Below are positions 56,050-64,000 of a stretch of DNA of 64,000 nucleotides, one piece after another. This DNA is from a virus, in the IMG/VR virus record IMGVR_UViG_3300012936_000008, positions 8,574 through 72,573 of that record; one strand, 5' to 3'. Below the pieces are notes generated by a model. The model was not told where the DNA came from and made no database searches. It saw nothing but the letters and a program-made list of their open reading frames with translations. The translations under genes and the position numbers were made by a program. The stretch's first letter is position 1; each line of letters starts with the position of its first letter.

Positions 56050-56708
56050 TAATCCCACTCCATCGCTTCATGTCCTGTTGGGTTGTTAGGGAAACCAGAG
56101 AAATTCATACTAAATGCAATACGTTCACAGTCTGTGTTTGGTTGTGTTCTATGTTTCAACCATGATGGGAACATTATATACTCATACTTTGCCATTGGTA
56201 CAGTCTTCCAATCATAACTGTATCCATATGTTCGTGCCCAGTCATCATATGGGGCATCAAGTGGGCAGTGTCTGAGTATATCTTCTAATGGATTCCTGAA
56301 CTGGATGTGTCCACCCTTGGCATCCTTCTTCAAATAATATACTAGTGAGATGTGTGATTTACCATGTCCATCTACATGGCAGTGCTCACCTGTACTATCA
56401 CCTTCCTGATGCTGATTCGCCCACATGCTATCAAGATACATGTGCCAATCCTGTCTGTAATGTAGAGTATTCAACCAGTAGTCTTTGACATCATCAAGGA
56501 TAGGAAGTGTCAACCAATCATATACTGGATCATTGAACAATCCATCACCACCGACAGCAGCAGTGGATCGACCAGTTTCTAATGCCCACTCACCTTTCTT
56601 TGAATCGACAAAGAAACTATCTAGGGCATCAAGTGTCTTGTTGAAGTTCTCTTCACTCGGGACTATATATCCGCGCCTGGTGGGCACGGGGAACAGATCT
56701 AGATTCAT
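56049..56708 (-). CDS. 2OG-Fe(II) oxygenase, TIGR02466-like (219 aa)
   Basis: LFPVP, WAN, HCH, MFPSWLKHRT, RIAFSMN. Confidence 0.85.
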   Translation of the reverse strand: MNLDLFPVPTRRGYIVPSEENFNKTLDALDSFFVDSKKGEWALETGRSTAAVGGDGLFNDPVYDWLTLPILDDVKDYWLNTLHYRQDWHMYLDSMWANQHQEGDSTGEHCHVDGHGKSHISLVYYLKKDAKGGHIQFRNPLEDILRHCPLDAPYDDWARTYGYSYDWKTVPMAKYEYIMFPSWLKHRTQPNTDCERIAFSMNFSGFPNNPTGHEAMEWD

Positions 56709-57366
56709 TCTCTTTAATGATTGACATCATGTCGTGACGTGTACGTTGTGGAATAAAGTTAAACGAGATACTAATACGATCTTCGTTTGTCATATTCTCT
56801 CTCACACCATGTGCTTGCCATGCTGGGAATAACATAAGTCTACCAGGCACAGGAGGATATGACCACGTTGAGTGTGTATGTGGCACCTCTGCTGTACTCA
56901 TATCCTCAGATGTTCCCACTGAGTGTAACACATAACCCTCAGTAGCATCGCGATGAAATACTAACCTACCACACTCACCTTCGGGCACTTTAACATAGAA
57001 TGCACCAGACATCACAGCGCCAGGGTGTGTATGCACCTCGTTATATCCACCGTTATTGTTGATATTGATCCAAGCATTCGCATACTCAATGGTAGTGTAT
57101 GGTGTACCATATGACTTGAATGCTTCTATCGCTTTCTCTTTAATGTTGATGAGTAGTTTCTTGAACTCATCACCTTCAAGGTCATCATCGTTGATAACTT
57201 GCTCACCCATAAAATCAGGGGACTGATAGTTCAGTAACCCCCGATTGCTTCTATCTTTTCCCTCCATAGTATTAGCGACATGGTACACAATGCGTTCCAT
57301 CTCTTCTAAGTCAATGTCAAGATCCACCCACCAGACAGGACTGGGGAAAATATAGTCTAGATTCAT
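56653..57366 (-). CDS. 2OG-Fe(II) oxygenase, TIGR02466-like (237 aa)
   Basis: IFPSPV, WININ..YNEVHTHPGAVMSGAFYV, LFPAWQAHGV, RISISFN. Confidence 0.9.
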   Translation of the reverse strand: MNLDYIFPSPVWWVDLDIDLEEMERIVYHVANTMEGKDRSNRGLLNYQSPDFMGEQVINDDDLEGDEFKKLLINIKEKAIEAFKSYGTPYTTIEYANAWININNNGGYNEVHTHPGAVMSGAFYVKVPEGECGRLVFHRDATEGYVLHSVGTSEDMSTAEVPHTHSTWSYPPVPGRLMLFPAWQAHGVRENMTNEDRISISFNFIPQRTRHDMMSIIKENESRSVPRAHQARIYSPE

Positions 57367-57806
57367 TATTTTGCTCTGTTCAAAGCATCTGCACCAGCGT
57401 TATCTGACTCCCAGTCTGCATACTTTTCATACCCAGGACGTGTACGAACTTTGATCTTTCTCTTCTCTTCGATCTCTTCTTGAATCCATGGTTCTGCATC
57501 TTCTTTGAGAACAAGAGTACGGAACAGATTAAGAGTTTCGAGACCACCTTCAAGTTTGACAATCTCATCACGCAGGTTGTTCATCTCAGTGAAGTCAACC
57601 CTAGTCTCTTGATCCTCAAAATTCATGCTAGACAACGAAGCATTCATATCAGTATACCTCTGATACTTAGTGCGATGTTGATACACTAGATTGCGCCAGA
57701 GATCTTCCAGCGACTTGACTGCTTCCTCAGCACTATTGACTTCCTCAATAGTTTCTGGTTCATACTCAGGCAGTCCTTGAACATCTTCAAGCAACTCTTT
57801 GGACAT
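57366..57806 (-). CDS. Acidic coiled-coil hypothetical protein (146 aa)
   Basis: GGAG RBS before MSKELLEDV; heptad segments. Confidence 0.65.
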   Translation of the reverse strand: MSKELLEDVQGLPEYEPETIEEVNSAEEAVKSLEDLWRNLVYQHRTKYQRYTDMNASLSSMNFEDQETRVDFTEMNNLRDEIVKLEGGLETLNLFRTLVLKEDAEPWIQEEIEEKRKIKVRTRPGYEKYADWESDNAGADALNRAK

Positions 57807-57808
57807 AA

Positions 57809-59401
57809 TTACTCCTTGTAAATGGTTTCTTTTTGATACTGGTACGATGATGGCAGTGTTTGACACCAATCATACATCTGTTTGTTCCAGTTGTCAATCT
57901 CACTCTCTGCACCCTGTAATGCAAAGTCGTCACGAACAGGAGATAACCCATTCTGTAAACGTTTGAGTTTTAACGTATGATTATTTAGTGGGTTAAATCC
58001 CATGCCTGCACCAACATAGCGCAGACCATCATTGTGTGAGGGATCACCGATCCACTCGTATGATACATGCTTCTCACTACTATACCTCACGAAGAGGTTA
58101 TCTAGTGATGCTGTGCTCATATCATAACTAACTTCATTAGCAACATACTGCCAGTATTCTGTATCTCTATTAGAGAAGGCATAGTGGGCAGCAATAAAGT
58201 TCTTGAACCCTTCAATCTCTAAGTCTGATACTAGATTAAGCATGTCCACTTCAATACGTGGAACGAAACCATCACGACCTGCAAGATTATTACATAGTCT
58301 GATGATCTGTTCGTGTGTAGTTAGCAGACCAGTTGCTTCTAGTGGTTCAACGAAGCAGTTAGATAGTCCTACTGCACATACATTCTTCTCCCACGATTTC
58401 TTATGCTTACCATTTCTGAATGGTACATGTCTGAATGATCCAATATCATCAGCACGTTTGATACCTCGTGTACGTGCAACATATGCATGTAGATCTTCCT
58501 CTGCTTTCTCTTTGGTAGAGAATCCAGATGAGTACACATAACCACAACCAGATCTCTCCCACAGTGGTACATCCCACACCCAACCATTCTCAATGGCAGT
58601 GCAGTTTGTGGTGTTAGTTACTTCCTTCTCAGGATCTTCATGTGGTAGATGACATGTCACTGCACCATCATTAAGTAGACAACCACCACCATCTACATGG
58701 AATGATTCAAAGGGAACACCCATGAAGTTTTCAAGTAGCAGTGACTTGAACCCTGTGCAGTCAATGTATAGATCATACTCTAATCGTTGACCGTCAGTAG
58801 TAGTGAGTGCTGTGATATATCCACGCTCATCCTTCTCACAACCACCTACATCACCCTGCATGTAGTTAAGTCCTTCACAATAGTTGTTCTTCAACCACTG
58901 TCCAAACTTAATTGCATCCATGTGATATGCAGTGTCAGCATCATGGTTCCAGTTATCATGCTCACCTGTCAGTTTATTCTGCCAAGCAAGATGACCCACA
59001 GCATTGTGTGAGCGAGAGAATGTGTCACGAGGATACTTATCAGGTTTGAGTAGATTCAGAGCAAACCATGACATCCAACCATGAGGATACCTCTCCTCAA
59101 TGATAGGCACTGCCTTACCAAAGGGATAGTCCCAAGTTTCTCCTTTCTGGTAGAAATCGTTGAACCTGATGTTTACTTTGTATGTGGATCCTGTCTCCTT
59201 CATCCACATCTCATCCTTCAAGTCAAGGATGGCAAAGAAGTCATTAATCTGACCAAGTGTAGACTCTCCCACACCAATAATGGGATAGTTCTTACTCTCA
59301 ATCAGTGAGGTTTTAATATGTGGGCAGAGTTTCAAAAGGGCGGCAGCGGTCATCCAACCAGCAGTGCCGCCCCCTACAATGAGGACATTACGAATTTGCA
59401 T
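57809..59401 (-). CDS. Flavin-dependent halogenase, tryptophan halogenase (PrnA) family (530 aa)
   Basis: GGGTAG FAD motif, IGVGEST, STYK (catalytic Lys position), AYHMDA, IDCTGF, GWVWDVP (WxWxIP), FVEPLEATG. Confidence 0.9.
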   Translation of the reverse strand: MQIRNVLIVGGGTAGWMTAAALLKLCPHIKTSLIESKNYPIIGVGESTLGQINDFFAILDLKDEMWMKETGSTYKVNIRFNDFYQKGETWDYPFGKAVPIIEERYPHGWMSWFALNLLKPDKYPRDTFSRSHNAVGHLAWQNKLTGEHDNWNHDADTAYHMDAIKFGQWLKNNYCEGLNYMQGDVGGCEKDERGYITALTTTDGQRLEYDLYIDCTGFKSLLLENFMGVPFESFHVDGGGCLLNDGAVTCHLPHEDPEKEVTNTTNCTAIENGWVWDVPLWERSGCGYVYSSGFSTKEKAEEDLHAYVARTRGIKRADDIGSFRHVPFRNGKHKKSWEKNVCAVGLSNCFVEPLEATGLLTTHEQIIRLCNNLAGRDGFVPRIEVDMLNLVSDLEIEGFKNFIAAHYAFSNRDTEYWQYVANEVSYDMSTASLDNLFVRYSSEKHVSYEWIGDPSHNDGLRYVGAGMGFNPLNNHTLKLKRLQNGLSPVRDDFALQGAESEIDNWNKQMYDWCQTLPSSYQYQKETIYKE

Positions 59402-59408
59402 AATTTAG

Positions 59409-59873
59409 TTACTCAGGAGCATACTTTCCGATCTTAAATTCTTCTTGGACATCATCAGGCATTTGCTCTGCTGTCCACCATGAGGGCATAGTTTCATCAT
59501 GGGGGAATGGTTCATCGGGTACAACTTTGTTACCGTCAGCATCATACTGAACCTTAGGTTGAGTCTCCTTCACATTCTTGATGTGCTTAAAGAACTCACC
59601 TTCTTCGTTCAGTGTACCATTCTTGATGTCATTATAGATCATCGAGAGTTGCATTCCAGGATCACCATATGCAACGATACGAAGAGTTTCAGCGTCGTGA
59701 TGTACGAAGTCAGGAATCCACTCACCGAGTTCAAGTTTCCACATATTAGTGGCATCCTCGGGAATGTCCATCCACTTCATACCAGCGCCAGGACCCGTAT
59801 AGATCTCAAACTCCTCGCCTTCTTCTACAACGTCTGTGATAAATCCGTCTGCGCGGACAAGTGCTCTTTTCAT
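59409..59873 (-). CDS. Putative tail-fibre-associated/chaperone-like protein (154 aa)
   Basis: Directly follows the Gly-rich fibre gene; R..AYG..G.QL.MIY.DI..G motif. Confidence 0.55.
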   Translation of the reverse strand: MKRALVRADGFITDVVEEGEEFEIYTGPGAGMKWMDIPEDATNMWKLELGEWIPDFVHHDAETLRIVAYGDPGMQLSMIYNDIKNGTLNEEGEFFKHIKNVKETQPKVQYDADGNKVVPDEPFPHDETMPSWWTAEQMPDDVQEEFKIGKYAPE

Positions 59874-59877
59874 TGGT

Positions 59878-60678
59878 TTAATCGAATTCGTAGACTACAA
59901 CAATACCCTGGCGACCGTCACCACCACGCTCGGAGTTACGACCAGAGGAACCGCCAGCACCGTAGGCAGCGTGCGCTCTGTGACGCTGTGCCCATTGTTG
60001 CTGTCTGTGAGAGGTCGGTGCTGAACCACCCCAGAAGGATGTTCCACCATGACCTAGACCAGGCGGGTTTCTGTGCCCTTGACCCGATCCACCATAGATT
60101 CTAACAGAACCTTGGTTGGGGTTGCCACCAGTAGCACCCTCGTGCTGCTGACGACGGTTTGCACCCTGTCCACCACCAGATGAACAGTAGTTACCAAAGG
60201 ATGACGTGCCGCCGTTACCACCGCGACCTGAGTAACCAGTACCACCACCTCCACCACCAACGGTGACAGAAATAGAGTTAATGTTCTCTACGTTGACAAT
60301 AGTTTCAGTGTGAGCACCAGCACCTGCTGCCTCACCATAACCTGAACCACCGCCACCGCCAGCAGTACACTTAACCCAGATACGCTTAATACCTGATGGT
60401 TTGTTCCATGTACTGTTGCCATTATACACTGAGATGGACTTAGGTCCACCACCAGATGTAACGCTTGCCCATGACATCGTGCTGCCATTAGTTGACAGAT
60501 ACTTACCAGATTGTCCCGAAACTGAGGGGATAACCTGTGCAGAACTACCAGCGATAGACCCGTTGATGATGATATTACCAACGGTGAGAGTACCGTTCAC
60601 AGTAATAGAACCAGAACTGAGGTTGAGTCCACCAGAACCAGATAGGTCTCTAATTGAAGATACTTTAAGGGTACTCAT
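59878..60678 (-). CDS. Gly-rich (polyglycine-II-type) tail fibre/adhesin, copy 2 (266 aa)
   Basis: TLKVSSI N-terminus, GQSGKYLSTNGS..W linker, TWNKPSG..V.CTAGGGGG...GGDGRQGIVVVYEF. Confidence 0.75.
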   Translation of the reverse strand: MSTLKVSSIRDLSGSGGLNLSSGSITVNGTLTVGNIIINGSIAGSSAQVIPSVSGQSGKYLSTNGSTMSWASVTSGGGPKSISVYNGNSTWNKPSGIKRIWVKCTAGGGGGSGYGEAAGAGAHTETIVNVENINSISVTVGGGGGGTGYSGRGGNGGTSSFGNYCSSGGGQGANRRQQHEGATGGNPNQGSVRIYGGSGQGHRNPPGLGHGGTSFWGGSAPTSHRQQQWAQRHRAHAAYGAGGSSGRNSERGGDGRQGIVVVYEFD

Positions 60679-60702
60679 TGATTACTTTGTCTCCTTCGTT
60701 GT

Positions 60703-60710
60703 TATTTATA
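60703..60710 (-). promoter_or_regulatory. T4-type late promoter (TATAAATA)
   Basis: Perfect consensus 24 nt before the ATG at 60678; AAGGAG RBS follows. Confidence 0.75.
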
Positions 60711-61514
60711 TTAAATGAATTCGTAGACTACGACGATGCCTTGACGACCGTCGCCACCACGTTCACTGTTCTTACCAGATGCAGCACCAGCGCCATATGC
60801 AGCGTGTGCTCTATGTCTTTGTGCCCACTGTTGTGATCTATGAGATGTTGGAGATGAACCACCCCAATATGAACAACCACCGTGTCCTAGACCTGGGGGA
60901 TTTCTATGACCCTGGGAAGACCCTCCATAAATTCTAACTGAACCCTGGTTGGGATTTCCACCCGTTGCACCGTCATGTTGTTGCCTACGGTTTGCTCCTT
61001 GACCACCACCCGATGAACAGTAGTTACCAAATGATGACGTTCCACCATTGCCAGCGCGACCACTATAATTAGTCCCGCTACCACCACCACCGACTGTAAC
61101 ACTAATCGAGTTGATATTCTGGACATCTACAAAAGTCTCCGTATGAGCACCAGCAGCACCCGATTCACCGTATCCTGATCCACCGCCACCACCAGCAGTA
61201 CACTTAACCCAGATACGTTTTACGTTAGAGGGTTTGTTCCATGTAGAGTTACCATTATATACAGAGATAGAGTTAGGAATACCTTGGTTACCGCCACCTT
61301 GTACCCATTGGAGTGAAGATCCATTGGTGGTGAGGAAAGCACCCGACTGTCCACTCTGATTAGGAATAATATATCCAGAAGAACCAGAGATATTTCCATT
61401 GACAACGATATTAGAAACCGTAAGAGTTCCGTTCGCAGTAATAGAACCACCCGAGAAGGTCATACCTCCTTGGTTCTGCAAATCTTTTATTTGTGCGACA
61501 GATAGTGTGGTCAT
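60711..61514 (-). CDS. Gly-rich (polyglycine-II-type) tail fibre/adhesin, copy 1 (267 aa)
   Basis: Paralog of 59878-60678 with a near-identical C-terminal domain. Confidence 0.75.
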   Translation of the reverse strand: MTTLSVAQIKDLQNQGGMTFSGGSITANGTLTVSNIVVNGNISGSSGYIIPNQSGQSGAFLTTNGSSLQWVQGGGNQGIPNSISVYNGNSTWNKPSNVKRIWVKCTAGGGGGSGYGESGAAGAHTETFVDVQNINSISVTVGGGGSGTNYSGRAGNGGTSSFGNYCSSGGGQGANRRQQHDGATGGNPNQGSVRIYGGSSQGHRNPPGLGHGGCSYWGGSSPTSHRSQQWAQRHRAHAAYGAGAASGKNSERGGDGRQGIVVVYEFI

Positions 61515-61538
61515 TTGTGGTAAATCACTCCTTGTGGT

Positions 61539-61546
61539 TATTTATA
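61539..61546 (-). promoter_or_regulatory. T4-type late promoter (TATAAATA)
   Basis: Perfect consensus 24 nt before the ATG at 61514; AAGGAG RBS follows. Confidence 0.75.
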
Positions 61547-61548
61547 TC

Positions 61549-62148
61549 CTATCGGATCCATAATGTAGCGTGTGAGATGTAGTACGCCTCATCAGACTGT
61601 GCTTGGTTCAGATCAGTTCTCTGATAGATTCTGATTGAACTCGAATTGTGATCCTGCCAGTTTGAATCAAAGTCAACATAACCCATTGTGGGGTCGTTAC
61701 TACCATTCCAAGGTTCGTATGAATAGTCTATACCATTAACAAAATTAATAGTGGCACCATATGATGTACTAGCATTATCTATATAGTTTCTATTCCAAGT
61801 TTTTCTCCAACTAGCATAGGTACGTGTACCTGAGTTAGATGCACCAGTAGTTATTCTGACTTCGTTATATTCATTATCCCAAGAGTCAACTAGGTGATAC
61901 TTAGCAGTATATTTTATTTGTGTATGAGATGGTATTTGATTCAAAGTAAGTTCATATGTCCTAGGTGAACCACCCCAACCATGGACCCAAGAGTTACCAA
62001 AAGGTCCAAGTCTTGTCATGTTATAGATCTCACTGCTGTAATTCCAATTCGACATGAAATTACGAGCATCATTACCCTCTGTATACCAGATTCTCTCGCC
62101 AGCACCGCCTCCACCGAATAGAAGCATCTTGTGACATCCAATAGGCAT
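61549..62148 (-). CDS. Putative tail-fibre tip/lectin-like protein (199 aa)
   Basis: Aromatic-rich beta protein, HTQI...VDSWDNE...QSDEAY pattern, in the fibre module. Confidence 0.55.
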   Translation of the reverse strand: MPIGCHKMLLFGGGGAGERIWYTEGNDARNFMSNWNYSSEIYNMTRLGPFGNSWVHGWGGSPRTYELTLNQIPSHTQIKYTAKYHLVDSWDNEYNEVRITTGASNSGTRTYASWRKTWNRNYIDNASTSYGATINFVNGIDYSYEPWNGSNDPTMGYVDFDSNWQDHNSSSIRIYQRTDLNQAQSDEAYYISHATLWIR

Positions 62149-62150
62149 GA

Positions 62151-63017
62151 TTATGCAACCTCATACTGTGCCTGCGCCACAAATACATGCCAATCAGCAC
62201 CTGCAACATACATGAAGCAGTTGTATATATCATAACCTGAACCATTACTGAATGCAGCAGGTCTAATCATAGTTGCTGTGGTTCCATTAACTTGGAATCC
62301 ACTGATATAACCACTACCATTCTGTTGCTTCTTGATAATCTGACAGGTATAGATGAAACCTGACGCATTAGGTACGTTGTTAATGTTTACGGTGAAGTTA
62401 CCGTTATATGCTGTTGGGTTCTCTGTTGAGAAAATAGTTGCTTGACTATGATCTAGTGTAACAGTACCACTCACAGAGAATGCTATGTGTCTCTCTTTGG
62501 TTTGTCCAAACTCAAATGTAGCACCAGGGACTACTCTCAGGTGACTATTGATAGCAGCATTATCAAAGTATCTGTAAGTACCAATATCCTCGTCAGAACC
62601 AATCAGTGTCCAAGTTGCACCATTCTCAATGGTAACTGTACGACCATTGACAATAGTAATCGGAGCAGCAGAGAAACCGTTAGTAAACTCTGCACCGTTA
62701 TTGGCACTAGGTCCAATAGTAATATCTTCGTCAATCTGTGTGGCATTAGTTCTAATAATAGAATCTTCACCAAGTGAAGGTCCACCACCACCAACATCGT
62801 CCCAACCAGGAGTACCAGGACCAACAACATCAGGGAGATAACCCTGAATCATCTGTTCTGTACTGTTATAGACCAAAGTTCCAAGAGGAACAGTGCCTAA
62901 TGCATTGACTTGTGTCTGATTAAGGATCGGCAGATTGATCTGTTCCGTAACCTGTAAAGCGGTGACAATCGCTCGGGTTGCGGCATCAATCTGATTACCT
63001 ATAATTTTGGTGGTCAT
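62151..63017 (-). CDS. Tail fibre-like structural protein (288 aa)
   Basis: GTLVYNS....GY, GGGGPSLGEDSIIRTN...I.IG, TVTIENGATWT phage fibre motifs. Confidence 0.7.
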   Translation of the reverse strand: MTTKIIGNQIDAATRAIVTALQVTEQINLPILNQTQVNALGTVPLGTLVYNSTEQMIQGYLPDVVGPGTPGWDDVGGGGPSLGEDSIIRTNATQIDEDITIGPSANNGAEFTNGFSAAPITIVNGRTVTIENGATWTLIGSDEDIGTYRYFDNAAINSHLRVVPGATFEFGQTKERHIAFSVSGTVTLDHSQATIFSTENPTAYNGNFTVNINNVPNASGFIYTCQIIKKQQNGSGYISGFQVNGTTATMIRPAAFSNGSGYDIYNCFMYVAGADWHVFVAQAQYEVA

Positions 63018-63036
63018 TTATTCTATTCGTAAGTGA

Positions 63037-64000
63037 TTAGATAACGAGTTCACGAATATGGATTTTGTCACCAGTTGCAGGAGGTGTGGCAATAGAGAAG
63101 TCAACAGCATTACCTGTGACTGTATAGTCTGTGCCAGGGATCTGTGCAACACCATTAAGGAATACCATTACGGAGAAAGCATTATGTCCAGGTGAGATAC
63201 CAAACGTTTGTGTAGAACCATCACCGTTGTATGTAACGCCGTTGTTACCGTTAGCAATACCAGTTGCTAATGAGTATTTATCAGCGCAACCATATTTACC
63301 AGTCACATCGATGTCTCCATCGAAGAATGTATTACCACTAACCTTCAATCTGTTAGAGGCATCAGGTGCCATACCAATACCATAATTAGTAACGCCACTG
63401 AATCTATTAGATGTGATCGGAGTAGTATCACTCAGACCAAACTTGTACCATGTACCAGCATCATAGATCCAACCAATAGATTGACCAGGTGCCCAATCAA
63501 TGTTATAGCAAATATCACCACTGTTAAATGCAAGTCCTGATTGAAGATCAGGCAGACCTGCACCAGTTTCCTCAGCAAGGAATGTCTGTCTCAACACCGT
63601 ACCATCATCGTTGGAGTATGTAAACTTCAACGACTGAATTTCATCCTGTGATGTAACTTTCTTCTGCATGGTGACAGGACCAGAGAAGACAGACTCCAAC
63701 TGGTTAGATGCACCACCGATGACAGTTAGTTTATCAGTCAGCACCAACTCAGAGAATGTCTCAATAGTTGTACCTTCTTCACCCAACACATTCAACTGTG
63801 CAATATCTTCGTTAGTGATCTGACCCGTAACAGGGTTAATCACCTGGTTACCAACGAAGAGTTCACCGTCACTGTTTACACCAGAGTAGTATGCAACACC
63901 TGCTGCTTCTTTGAGTGACTGTGACAATCTAACCTGCTCAGGTGATAGAACCTCAACCTGAGTAGATGGGAATGCAGTTGAGTAGTTACCAGGACCGAAA
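63037..64000 (-). CDS. C-terminal part of a large tail-fibre-like protein (open at the right edge)
   Basis: Frame stays open to the window edge (FGPGNYSTAFPSTQ...GVAYYSGVNSDGELFVGN); C-terminal GDGS..F...V.LNGV.Q.PG.DY domain shared with gp7. Confidence 0.8.
   Translation of the reverse strand, partial: FGPGNYSTAFPSTQVEVLSPEQVRLSQSLKEAAGVAYYSGVNSDGELFVGNQVINPVTGQITNEDIAQLNVLGEEGTTIETFSELVLTDKLTVIGGASNQLESVFSGPVTMQKKVTSQDEIQSLKFTYSNDDGTVLRQTFLAEETGAGLPDLQSGLAFNSGDICYNIDWAPGQSIGWIYDAGTWYKFGLSDTTPITSNRFSGVTNYGIGMAPDASNRLKVSGNTFFDGDIDVTGKYGCADKYSLATGIANGNNGVTYNGDGSTQTFGISPGHNAFSVMVFLNGVAQIPGTDYTVTGNAVDFSIATPPATGDKIHIRELVI

Noticed and set aside
59878-61514. Paralogous adhesins as a possible DGR template/variable repeat or invertible cassette
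   Set aside because: No reverse transcriptase or recombinase in the window, differences are largely synonymous and not adenine-specific, and both copies are in direct orientation.

Overview
This 64 kb window is part of a T4-like cyanomyovirus (Synechococcus/Prochlorococcus phage-like) genome. Essentially all real genes are on the minus strand; the plus-strand ORFs in the track look like antisense shadows. Reading right to left in the direction of transcription there are four blocks. (1) The end of a tail-fibre module, with two paralogous Gly-rich adhesin-like genes. (2) A tightly packed run of a flavin-dependent (PrnA/Trp-halogenase family) halogenase plus six 2OG-Fe(II)/JmjC oxygenases. (3) An early/host-takeover region of small ORFs, an SF2 helicase, a lysozyme, a nuclease-like gene and four more 2OG-Fe(II) oxygenases. 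It is driven by sigma70-like promoters sharing a pseudo-palindromic upstream motif and ends in an origin-like locus (divergent promoters, AT-rich tract, TTTTCCACA boxes). (4) The baseplate module: NlpC/P60, PAAR, gp25, gp6, a 7189-aa gp7, a YHYH protein, a gp9-like protein, gp8 and a VrlC/DUF4815-like protein. The strongest observation is that the giant gp7 carries about 6-7 helical repeats whose Cys motifs and spacing match both bilin-attachment sites of phycobiliproteins (Cys84-type CxRD...GG and beta-Cys155-type Cx9[YL]FD), suggesting a possibly chromophorylated virion protein. All assignments are by-eye motif recognition; no searches were run. No tRNA, rRNA, CRISPR array or mobile element was seen.
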